Shown piece by piece: positions 1-10,556 of a stretch of 29,271 nucleotides of DNA. This DNA comes from Hydrurus foetidus (taxonomy: Eukaryota), in the NCBI GenBank assembly GCA_900617105.1, contig UYFQ01000476.1, forward strand, positions 62,001 through 91,271, read 5' to 3'. The notes under the pieces are model-generated. The model saw nothing but the letters and a program-made list of their open reading frames with translations, was not told the origin of the DNA and did no database searches. Every line of letters starts with the position of its first letter. Within the stretch, counting starts at the first letter, position 1. The position numbers and the translations under genes were made by a program.

Positions 1-93
1 GGAAGAACATTCCTATACATGGAATGGGAGGTCCAGGAACTCCCACATAATCACTCAATAATATTCGTTCAAAAATTGAATGCTCTCGTTACT

Positions 94-2635
94 TCATGAT
101 ATAGATATGTGTAATCTCTCTCCTCCTATGTAATTCCTCCTCCCCTTCCCATCCAAACACTGTCCCTCCCCATAATCCAATCTTTTCTCTCTGTCAAATA
201 CAGGGGATAAAGAAACTTGCGACTCCGGATGGTGAAATAGTTTCCTATGCCCTCCTGTAAATATGGTCAATCCTACAGTCGATTTTACACCGTTTATAAC
301 TTGAGTTTTGTGCCATGCTGCTGTGGCCGCTGATTTCTCTGAGAACGAACGTACGGCATCACGGAGAACTTTTTCTTTTTCTTCTTGGCTGTTTCCCTCT
401 TTTTCTTCTTGCAGATTATGATTATCGGACTCTTTCGTGTCGCCCATATCTCGTGTGCGCTGCGCGTCCAAGCTGTAGACAATCGATAGGAATAGACAGG
501 TAGTAGAAGTGGTGATGTGAGAATTATGCAAGGTGTTGTTGATGATAATAAGAGTGCATGATGGATCGTACAGCATGCCACCAGTAGAGAATACTCATAC
601 ACGCACACATACACATACACAAGCAGGGGTAGGCTCGCGCACTAATTGACACACTCACACACACACACACACACACACAATCGCACACACCTTTTTAGTG
701 ACACTCGTGGATCGGGTGCGGAATAGTTCCTCCTCTGACCCCTACGGGATGGGGACGATCCTCCCAAAGTAGCCGTGCCGGCCACGAAGGATCTCCGGCC
801 AAATCCGTAATTCTCACTGATAGCTTCTGGCCACATCTGGTTAAATCAGTAGGACAGAAACTGTAAATTGCTCCTTTAAGTAGAAAGTGCTATCTAAGTT
901 CTGCAGTAATGGTTCTATTACATCAATAGGTGTGAATTAGATAGTGCTATTGGTAGTGAAATTAAATTCGAGAATGTAAGTCAGCCGGTAGTCACCTGGG
1001 CTGTGGGTGAGCTGGAGTGTGCTCTTGAAGGAGAGAGGGAAGAAGAACATCTGAGAGAACTGCCTCTCATACTGTAGTCCACCTCCCTTGCTGCGCTGTC
1101 CTCATCTCCCCTGAGTGAGCGATAAGGTGGGATTTAAATACGAGTAGTTTGTGCAGAATAAAACACTACAAGAGTGGCACACTGAGAAACCGACTGCATG
1201 GGGTACAGTAACAGCTATTCCAAGGAACGACTACGCAATTGTTGGAATTATCTGCATCAAACCAAACAAAGATATCAGTTTTCAAATTTCTCACATGTTG
1301 CCGCTGATGTTTATCTGGGACTTTGGACCTGCGAAAATCCGTCTGCTGCCCCCTTTAGAGAAAGTGACATCATTTCCTATGGTGGACCGTCGGCCGAAAG
1401 ACTGACTCATCTCTGACGTACGAATGTTGTGCGGATGTGTCATCAACGTTGCAAAAAAAGTTGATGTGAAGTGTCAAAAATCATGTATGCAATCTATTAC
1501 ATACAGCAGTGTATCATTTTGACAAAGTGTGTCGATATTTTACAGTGACAGCCGGATATGCAGTGTGTACGATATCGATATTTTACAGTGACAGCCGGAT
1601 ATGCAGCGTGTACGATATCGATATTTTAGAGACACTGAGGAATCTTCAGTACGCACCTACAGGGACGTGGTCGTATTGGATCGGATACGCAGTTGGCGAG
1701 ATAGGAGGTACGTAGTCTTGAGAGTAAACATCTAGACTGTCCTCGTCAGCTGTGAACTTACTTGCCAGAAGGCACCTACTCCGGATAAGTTTGTGAAATA
1801 TGTAAAAAATCAATAAGAATATGAATATTAATTGGTATATTTACAACAGAAGAATTAATCAAAAATCACTTACGGGAGAGGAAAGTGGTTGTCAGAAGTC
1901 GCATAATTTCTTCTGCTTCCTCCCTTCGCAAAGGTTGACTCGAAGCCAACATTTGACAACTTTCCATGACACACGCTATCAGCACATGTGCTGTCAGAGG
2001 AATTAGACGCAGCAATTTTCATCGTCATTCCAGAACTGCTTATATCACCAAGGCTTTCTGGAACTGATTCCACTGTGTTGGTGCTGCAATTAAAAAATGT
2101 ATTGAAATGACGACTAGGAATGCCAGCAAATTCTCTGGCTGATCGCAATTACTTAAATGACTACTCACATCAACTGAATCTGCGATACTGGAGACGGAAA
2201 GAAGCGCCTGCTTCCACCTTTTGCAAATGTTACGTCATTCCCTATTGAAGATTTCATGCCGAATCTGCCATCATTCGACATATTTCTACTGGCTTTAGAC
2301 CACACCAACGAGGGCAGAGCTTTCAGCTCGTTACTGTTTTCTGCATTATCGTTACTCTCATCAGATTGATCCTGTCGATCGTTGCTGAATGACCCTCTAC
2401 CGGTGCCGGTGCAGCTGTTGACGAGATGAAATAGCTAGCAATTATGCAATCGTTGTCGATGCAAAAGAAGCGACATGACATAGCCAATTTGTCACCACAC
2501 TGTAATGATGCCTCGAAAGTCTTACATAAATGAAATCTGGGAAGTGCTACGAGAGTATCTTCTCCTACTACTTCCCTTCTTGAAGGATTCTCCTATATCA
2601 GATCTCTTCCCGGCAATCATGTTCGTTTCCCACAT
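94..2635 (-). CDS. Uncharacterised 480-aa repeat protein, 8 exons, ~7 copies of G(R/K)xSxIG..TFxKGGSRRx(Y/F)....SQIxL
   Basis: Hand-spliced exons 2635-2526, 2414-2169, 2083-1874, 1775-1657, 1412-1295, 1110-996, 836-691, 472-94. All introns are GT..AG and phases are compatible (2,2,2,1,2,0,2); total 1443 nt = 480 aa + TGA, with an in-frame TAG upstream of the ATG. Track ORFs 1870-2148, 642-836 and 94-576 are fragments of it. The recurring peptide motif independently supports coding status. Confidence 0.8.
649..690. repeat. (CA)n/(TG)n microsatellite at the 5' end of intron 7 of the repeat-protein gene
   Basis: Interrupted ACACAC run at 649-690, abutting the GTGTGT donor at 690. Confidence 0.85.
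1532..1628. repeat. 43-bp tandem repeat (~2.25 copies) in intron 4 of the repeat-protein gene
   Basis: TCGATATTTTACAGTGACAGCCGGATATGCAG(T/C)GTGTACGATA at 1532-1574 and 1575-1617 (1 mismatch), partial third copy 1618-1628. Confidence 0.9.
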
Positions 2636-2747
2636 TTTGGAAGTTTTGAAAAGGTGACGCTACTCCAGTCTCTACGAATTCGTTTTCTTGCTCTCTCACA
2701 AAGTCCCTCTATGCAACAATGAGATAGTCACAGAAGTCCTCTAGCTG

Positions 2748-2782
2748 CTGTTCACTGTTCACTGTTCACTGTTCACTGTTTA
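2748..2782. repeat. (CTGTTCA)4 + CTGTTTA heptamer tandem repeat in divergent intergenic region
   Basis: Directly visible between the ATG at 2635 (-) and the ATG at 3076 (+). Confidence 0.85.
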
Positions 2783-3075
2783 CTGCTGCCTTCTCTCTGC
2801 TCTCAGCAGATGATTTCTAATGAGGGAGTCTCGAATTTTCAGTTTCAATGGTTTCTCATTGAACCGTTTTATTTCTGAACAGTTTGCTTTCCTACCGACC
2901 TATACCTATACCTACTTCAGCTCAAAGAGGCTCCAGCTGCTCTGTCACAAATCTTCATTATAAGATAGGGAATAGAGGGCGAAACAAACTAAAGTGACAG
3001 TTTTGCAGTGGCGAAAGCGATCAGAGAGATTTGGTCATTTGTTAATAAGTTGAGCTCGTCTCGATATTCTGCAGT

Positions 3076-4374
3076 ATGTCGGCACCAAATCACAAATGGA
3101 ACATCTCATCGAGGAGGCACATGGCTATAGAAAGCGCCGACCAAATATACGACTTACCAACCGTGATTGATCCATCCGAAGCGGAGAGAATCGTTGAAGG
3201 ACTCATTAAGTTTCAAACTGAAGACGTAGGATCATCGAAATGGATTGAACAGCACATGCATATCGAGAAATTGAATTTACAAGCCCATCAAAGTGCTATG
3301 TCGAACAGTGATGAGTATGTGATTGAGGCATTCCTGACATTTGGGAAAATTGAATGCTTGATACATGATCTACTGATTATCGAGACTTGGAAGGAGAACG
3401 TGTATCCTCTTCTGAAGTCTCGTCTTGCAGGTCGCAATTCCATAAGAACCTATTTTGTTCTCTATCATGAGGCCACAGTCGTGAACCTTCTAGAGGTCCT
3501 ACTGTATCACAAACATGTTTGCGAGGCTGGAGGGGAAAGAATGCTCGAAATAGTGGACTATGTTGCACGAAAGCTCACAAGGTTGAATGGAGGCTACGAC
3601 TTTCGCTGTGTTGAGCCCTGTTCTTCATCAGGGCCACCAGGCAGTACTGCCAAAGATTACGCAGCAGCGATAGCCGCTATAACACCTGAGAATGAGCTGG
3701 CCAGACATTTGACTGAGATAGAATTTCGAGTCTGCATATCATGCTGTGCCCTAGCACGTTTCCTATGCGAACATGCTGACAGTATGCCGCTGAGCGTTGT
3801 CAGCAGAATTACAGATACGCACGACATGCTCATTCTTCTGATACCTCTGATCGAAAATCCTCCCTGGACTAGGCGCTTAGACAGTGGAAAGTGGCAGAAA
3901 CTTATCGGTCAGAAATGGAGTGATGTTGCTCCTATCGATCTCATGAAAGTTACAAAACTAGAAGGACAACCTTGGCTCGGTCTCTATCACTTGTTGGCGA
4001 AGGAGACTTTTAGAGAGAGATATCATCTAAATTCATTCAGAAAGAATCAAGTTCTTCGTGTTAGGAAGTACATCAATGAAGTCATTTTAGATCAATTACC
4101 ATTTCTAGCAGACATTCAGCGGTACATGGATGAACTGTCTGTGACAGATGTCCCTGAACCAGTATCATCTGGAAACAGTGTTTTTCTATTTCAACAAGTT
4201 GCAGTTGCAAGGGAAGCTATGATAAAAGGGAAAAATTGGACTGATGTTGCTGACTATCAATTTGAAAATATTTTTATTATGACTGATAAAACGGACAAAG
4301 ATCTGCAGAAAATGTCTGATTTGTATTCTGATGATTTAGCAGAAGGTGTTTTGGACCCTTCTTATCTTGACTAG
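3076..4374 (+). CDS. ZMYND10: ZMYND10/BLU-like axonemal dynein preassembly factor, no C-terminal MYND finger
   Basis: Intronless 432-aa ORF (start may be the second ATG at 3121). Family-typical segments WIEQHMHIEKLNLQA, LIHDLLIIETWKENVYP, YFVLYHEATVVNLLEVLLYH, RITDTHD, NPPW, KLEGQPWLGLYHLL, LDQLPFLADIQRYM. Confidence 0.85.
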   Translation: MSAPNHKWNISSRRHMAIESADQIYDLPTVIDPSEAERIVEGLIKFQTEDVGSSKWIEQHMHIEKLNLQAHQSAMSNSDEYVIEAFLTFGKIECLIHDLLIIETWKENVYPLLKSRLAGRNSIRTYFVLYHEATVVNLLEVLLYHKHVCEAGGERMLEIVDYVARKLTRLNGGYDFRCVEPCSSSGPPGSTAKDYAAAIAAITPENELARHLTEIEFRVCISCCALARFLCEHADSMPLSVVSRITDTHDMLILLIPLIENPPWTRRLDSGKWQKLIGQKWSDVAPIDLMKVTKLEGQPWLGLYHLLAKETFRERYHLNSFRKNQVLRVRKYINEVILDQLPFLADIQRYMDELSVTDVPEPVSSGNSVFLFQQVAVAREAMIKGKNWTDVADYQFENIFIMTDKTDKDLQKMSDLYSDDLAEGVLDPSYLD

Positions 4375-5118
4375 ACGAGTCATCAGAAATGCAATTAGGA
4401 ATGCAGAGATAATTTGTTTGCCGCGTGTCACATGAAGATACCGCCACTTTATTTTATTTGATAATGACTTCAAATTAATGAGTTTCATTTCTTATCGTGC
4501 CTATTCAGCTAATAAATTTTTTTCACAATGATGATCACGCTTAAATGGATCAAAAGTCACGCGGAAATTCAGGGGTCTGCGAATTATTCGCTGAAAAGCA
4601 TCCAACGTTCCCAATGAGCAGTGCATCTACCGCACCTTCATCTAAATGCGTAAAAGTGAAAAATGAAGCAGATTCTTCAATAGGCTAAATACTGACTTAA
4701 CTTTTACGAGCAGAATCCTCAGTAACGGAATTTCATTTCACCTTTTACGGGAATAACGCGGCAGTACATGATTAAAGCCTCAATAATGCCCCTGAAAATG
4801 ACAGAGCCAATGGCTGTTCAATGGAGACCATCATCTTAGTTAATATATTGTGTATCAGCAGATGATCGGGGACCTTAATGTTCGTTGGTATACCTATACT
4901 GTTCGGTGTAGTCCACAAAATTTACTGTGCTTTCTCTAAATTAGCTGCAAATGATTTATTTTAGGTGATTTGATAATCATACTCAAATGGTAAGGGCTTT
5001 GAGCTCCTGAGCTGCTGCAGCTCGAGAGCTAGGGTTTCGATTGGGAGCTGGAGCACACTTACGGTAGGAGGTTCATGTTCTTGGTCGAAGCTGATTCGAG
5101 CCGACTCGTCCAGAAGAA

Positions 5119-5483
5119 ATGCAACTGTTGGCACGTATCCGCCGGATGCCCCTAAAATGGAAGGTAAAGACCAACACCTATCAGTATGATAGTAACCGCT
5201 TCTAACATCCTCATTCATATTGCAGATGCTGTACGGTTTACAGGCAATAATCACCGCCGGTATTTTGGTCAATAGGTACAACGCGATAGCAGCTGCGCAG
5301 GTTGCTCCCCCCAAGAAAGAAATCATGATGGTGCAGATAAATCGTGATCGTGAGAAGTCTCTCGCGATGGAAAGAATGCAGAAACATCAGGCATCCTCTT
5401 CTAGACCATCAGAGATTGAGGGTGCTGCAGAAAGGAAGCCTTCCGCATATAAGAATATTGATCAGCAACCTTCAGATGACTGA
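5119..5483 (+). CDS. Putative small (100 aa) single-pass membrane protein, 2 exons
   Basis: Exon 5119-5163 (MQLLARIRRMPLKWK), 62-nt phase-0 intron GTAAAG..CTAAC..TGCAG (5164-5225), exon 5226-5483 (MLYGLQAIITAGILVNRY... then a charged tail). In-frame TGA just upstream of the ATG. No homology recognised. Confidence 0.55.
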
Positions 5484-6270
5484 ATTTAGAACCTCGAGAA
5501 ATAGGTATGATTCGGATTGCCCCAGCAAAACTCGACAGCTGTGAGAAACCATTTCCGGGGACATGCACGCTCTTTGACTTATTTCAGAGCTATGCGCCCA
5601 CATTCTGTGAGGGTTTCTAAACGGGAGGCTGTGATTCGCAGTCTTTGCAGAGAGCGACACAAGAAAAGTGCTCTTTCATCCGCAGACCATACACACCATT
5701 TGATGGAAAGCTTATCCGATGAGGACTGGCTGTGTGATCCATCAGACCTTCGCGGCTGATCAATCTAGCCATTCTTAAACGATTTAATGGGTCCTATCGA
5801 GAAATTGTTCTCCACAGAAACTGTCGTTGCTTCATGATCCTGCCGTCAATGGCGCTAAAGTGGTCGTCCTAAAGGGCACGTCTATAGATTGTAATGCGAA
5901 TGTAATTGAAATAATCTATTTCGTTGTGTCCATGAATTCGCTTTTCAGGTGCCGATAACTGTGATATTCTGAACTTCTTACGGTAAAGCGCGTACTGTAG
6001 GACAAATTTTGATAAGGAAAACTCAATTACGCTGGAAGTAAATACGGACACCGAGAGGACATACACAAAACTATCAATCGCGACAACTGCATCGCAAAAG
6101 CATGGCGAAATAGCGGAATCTGATTGCACATCCACTGTGGTACAGCTGAGATCACGATTTCTCCGAATAGAATATGGTAAAGATACTTACAACATGTAAT
6201 TACAGCCCAGCGGAGAGCGACTAGGCTGGGACAATTAGGAACAATGCAATACATCACAGAACAGATGTTC

Positions 6271-9200
6271 CTAGAACCACCTGTTCTTCTGCTGCTCGTT
6301 CAACTGCTTCGCTAGCTTGGAAAACTCCTCTGCAGCATTTGCCACGTCAGCCGATTTGTCGTTCAATTTATTCAGCTTCTCCCCTCTTTCCATCAGTCTA
6401 TCGTGAGCCTCGCTCAGTGATGACATCGCTCCACTAATACCAGAGCTAGTCTTAGAATCCGATCCATCTCGATTAGCAGGGAATGTGACTGCACTGCCGA
6501 AGAGATCCTTCTTCCCAGCTGCCTGTCTGCTTACTGAAGTGTTAGGAGGTGTGGACTGTGACCGACTCTTCAGAATAGCTTGCTTCAAGGTCGATTGTGT
6601 TCTCTTTCTTTCCCCTTCACGCACCAGATAGTTATAGCAAGAGTCACAGCACCGCACCTATGAATTAGGAGGAAAGAGATGAAGTGGTAAATCAGCTGGA
6701 CATGAACTAAATAGGGGAACAAGGTGTCCTCAGATAGACATGGACAACAAAGGGAAAGGAAATGAGTTCTGATGAACTTGGATAAGAGATAAGACAGGGG
6801 AACAAGGTGAGCCGGGAAGGTCAATTGAACATCTACATATTCACATAGGTAAAATAAGGTGATGCACAGGTCATGAATAAACTCAAATCAGAAGCGCAAT
6901 GACGTACCTGACTTCCTTCGACCACTGCTTTCTTCTTTGAACACTCATCGCAGCAAACGATATCGCAGAGACGACAATGGTGCTGTCTTTTAAACATCGT
7001 AAATTTGAAATCGCAGAGCGCACACAGCTTATCTCTGTCCCTTTCCTTTCCTGAGCTTCTAAAGTCGCTGAACTTGCTGTGTGGGGTTTTACTGGTCACG
7101 CAGCAATGTAATTCAATCAAGGGATGAGTTACTGATTTGATAATCGTACGTACGCTTTGAAGGACATTTGCAGATACATCAATAACATACGTACTTTATC
7201 TCAAGATCATCTGCATCTACGCTGCTTAGCGCTGCCCACTCGGAAATGGATTCCTGTCGAAGGTATTTAAACATAGGTTATTAGCGACATTCAACTTAAT
7301 TGCTAATGCCACACGAGATAATCACTACCGCAGCATCACACCACATCAAATTGTTTAACATCACTTAGAATGGGAAGATATTGAGTGATTGCTCTCATAT
7401 CATATCAGTGTTTTATTGACTGACCTCGATTGACACATCTGGAGCAAGCTTGATCACAGAGGACTCAGGAAACTGTAGAAATGCCGAAATGAAAATAACA
7501 GGGGTTAGAGAAAGAGATAGATAGCGAATGAGAGAACGAGAAAGTGAAGAAGAGACGAAGAAGAAGGGTGAAGGGAGAGAGTTTATGTGTGCGTATGAAT
7601 GTGTGTGTGTCAGAAATAGAGAGAGATGTCAGGAAGGATTCATGCGAACACTCAGCCTCACTCTAGCTCATTCACCTCATCAATGAATCTCGCTCCGAAT
7701 GTGAGAAGGGTGTCCACAGCACCTCCGAATCTGTTTCCATACACTTCGGCGCTCTGAGCAACTAGCTGCAGTGGATAGCGACCGGCGCCATCTTTCACAT
7801 TAGGTCTCGATCCTGACAAAGAAGAAATATTAAATTCATGCATCAGAAGAGAAGAGAGGTGAATTCTGGAGAGAAGAGTTAGGGATGGGATATGACGCAC
7901 CAGCTTGCAATAACGCCTTGAGAGTAGGCACTCCATCTTCGATCAAAAGATCTTCAAGTGGCTGATTGACTAGTGGAGGAGAAGACTCCTCATCCCCTGC
8001 ATTCTTACTGGAGCTGCTGGCGTTGCTGAAAAGCCAGCATCCCTCTCCTGTTGCTCTCTTAAGCGGGGATGCATCACACGCATAGTGCAGAGCATTCATC
8101 CCATCTTTAGTCCCTATACAGTAAATATTTGGTTTCACGCTGTGATCTAATAAGGCCCTCAGAGGCTCGACCTGCCACCCTGCAGCAAGATAGTGCAGTA
8201 TTGTGTACCCCTCTTCGTCCCTGAAATCCACGTCAGGGTCATGAGCCAGGATTGTCTTCACACACTGAGTTAGCATTTTCATGTCCGTTCGCCCCGATAC
8301 ATCTCTGCCCTCGACACATGCTAGATAGAGCGGTGTGCGACCTTTATGGTCTAGTGTATCAATGTCCACAACGTGCTGGCACAGAATAGAGAGTGCCTGG
8401 TGGTCTAGTTGCAGTGCTGCCCAGTGCAGAGCGGTTAGTCCCCTTCCATCCGCCATAGTTGAGTCCGCTCCAGTGTCAGAAAGTGCTTTGATAATAGCTG
8501 GCAGACGCAGTATACAAGCGTAGTGCAGTGGAGAGTAGCCGTCTTCATCTAGCGATTCAATCACTGTAAAGCTTAGCAGGCCACTCTCACATTTGAGGAT
8601 TAACTCCTTGACCTTGTTCTCGTCCCTCGAAATTACTGCTGAATGCATTGAACCCTGCATGTATTGATGTCTCCATCCCAAAACATGGCTGCTGTCCGCC
8701 TCGACACAGTCGCATATTGCTGAAAAAACATTTTCAACCCAGTCATTTCTTTCCTCCGGGCTTCCAGCCGTTACTTGCACATTCCCCCCCGGCCATATAA
8801 GCTGAAAAGTGCTGTGCAGTCGATTGCTTTCACTACTGCTAGAGCCACCACCATCTTTGCTGGTCGCAGCATCGCAAAGTAATTTACACACAGGTAGATC
8901 AATCATGTATTCGACCTGAAGTGTCGCACCGGTTGCTATAGCGATGATCAGGATGTCAGTCAGAAGAATAAATTGCCTCTTGTTCTGAGTTGCCCACATG
9001 GCTAAAGGTGCCTTAGATGTTGTCTCTAGTTCACCAATTCTCAAAATTTCTCTGCCTTTTTTCATGAGATGAACAGCTGAAGTCTCAGAGCTGCGCTTTG
9101 TAATGGCCGCAAACCCACTTGCGAAAGAAGCTTTCTCTTTCTCCTTCAGATAAAGGCGATTCGACAACTCCTGTAGGTCGCAATCTGCCTCTGATAGATC

Positions 9201-9668
9201 TGCAGGTCGCTCTGATTTGGATAGCGGCTCTTGATTATTCCTCGTTGTGGAGATATTACGAGATGAACGCTGCGGCACTTCCATTGTTTCTTCGATCACA
9301 GGATCATCGCTGTTCTCCGACTGCTCATGGACACTATCGTCATCTTCTTCATCTACCTGGTTGGCTTCACAGGAGTCTTGTTGTCGCCTCCAAACCGCTT
9401 TCAATGGACGAGGACTGTACTTTATGTACTGCACCAAACCGTTCCACGCCTCCTTATCCAGAGCGACTTCACCAATCTCAGAAGCGCCGATTGCCCAGAG
9501 TTCATCACCAATATTTATATCCATATCGACTGCCTGTGAATTCTCTACGATATCAAATACAAAGACGACCCCATTTTCTGGTCGACGACGGAGAGTCACT
9601 CCCAGAGGTCCATCTCCGAAAGTAACGGGAATGAGTTTTGGCTCCCTTCGCTGTTCGAAATTGTCCAT
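6271..9668 (-). CDS. PDZ - PH - ankyrin repeats - FYVE - C-terminal tomosyn/amisyn-like R-SNARE protein (~855 aa, 6 exons)
   Basis: Exons 9668-7901, 7812-7676, 7472-7425, 7253-7195, 7076-6908, 6657-6271, frame-consistent (2568 nt; exon 5 has an alternative in-frame acceptor 15 nt upstream). PDZ: VTFGDGPLGVTL...GDELWAIG. PH: RQFILLTDILIIA...AGSPEERNDW. ANK: GYSPLHYAC, GLTALHWAA, GRTPLYLAC, GYTILHYLA, GMNALHYAC. FYVE: CALC..FTMFKRQHHCRLC..CCDECS..RCCDSC. SNARE: AHDRLMERGEKLNKLNDKSADVANAAEEF, with no TM. Confidence 0.85.
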
Positions 9669-10556
9669 TTCCGATCAATGAATAGCTGCTTCAGCGTCTC
9701 AAATTTGATCCCGGCTTCCAATATAACCAATATGTGATTTTGGCTGCACCAGGAGCATGAGCATGAGTAATGTTCTCTCAGACCTCAGACATCAGACCAC
9801 CTTATGCTGTTGTAAATGTAATTAGCAGCAAATTTACTGAAGAAAGCTATTTCCACTTGGTGGAAGTATTTTCATTATATGAAGAAAAGGTTTGCTTGGT
9901 AATCTTCATATCAAAATGAGAATTTAATGAGCCTGCCGTCTGACGATCACATTAGCAATTCTAAGAGCAATTAATCTCCGATGCTCTCGTTTTACGTGTT
10001 CGGGAACGGATATTCGCGTAATTCGTCCTAAATCCGATGGATACAAATCACCATTCTTCACACGATTCAATGAACTGATCTAATTTTTAAATTTTGGTAC
10101 AACAATTGAATAAGTTGCTGCCACAATGAAGCCTACAGAGTTATGGTCAGCCTAATCTACATGAAATTATCCATAATCAGTTCGGTTCTGCTCAGTCATG
10201 CATCATGCATCATGCATCATGTCAATCTCATTTCGTCCGTACTGCGTGCATACGGTACACAGTACGTGCATACTGCAGATCAGAGATCGAGCTGGTTTGT
10301 GCTCTACAGTCTACAGTCTACAGTAGGCTCCCAGCTCGAGCTCTGGGCTCTGGGCTCTGGGCAATGGACAGGTAACTGTTTACAGTTTATAGCTCTACGC
10401 TCCACGAATGCAGTAGTAACAGGATCTTCGACGCTTTATGGATTATCACCTCTCCCTCCATTTTCCATTGGAAGAGAATATTTACAGAAATTTCCTAAAT
10501 GGGGGAGAAAGGTGAATGGTAAAAACGTTTGAAACGACCTAGTTCCACAGCTGTCC

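Noticed and set aside
1532..1628. 43-bp repeats as a CRISPR-like array
   Set aside because: Units are directly abutting with no spacers, only ~2.25 copies, inside an intron of a eukaryotic gene.
4375..4440. In-frame Cys residues after the ZMYND10 stop (TSHQKCN*ECRD...) as a read-through or relic MYND finger
   Set aside because: Spacing does not fit the MYND CxxC pattern and a second TAG intervenes; TAG acts as a normal stop in other genes here.
4560..4960. Possible snRNA/snoRNA (CCTTTTAC resembling the U5 loop; TGATGA-like boxes)
   Set aside because: No complete U5 loop, Sm site or properly paired C/D boxes could be identified by eye.
4961..6257. Short ORFs 4961-5326 (-), 5517-5759 (+), 5869-6135 (-), 6027-6257 (-)
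   Set aside because: No recognisable motifs and no frame-consistent spliced model found; the first overlaps the better-supported + strand microprotein.
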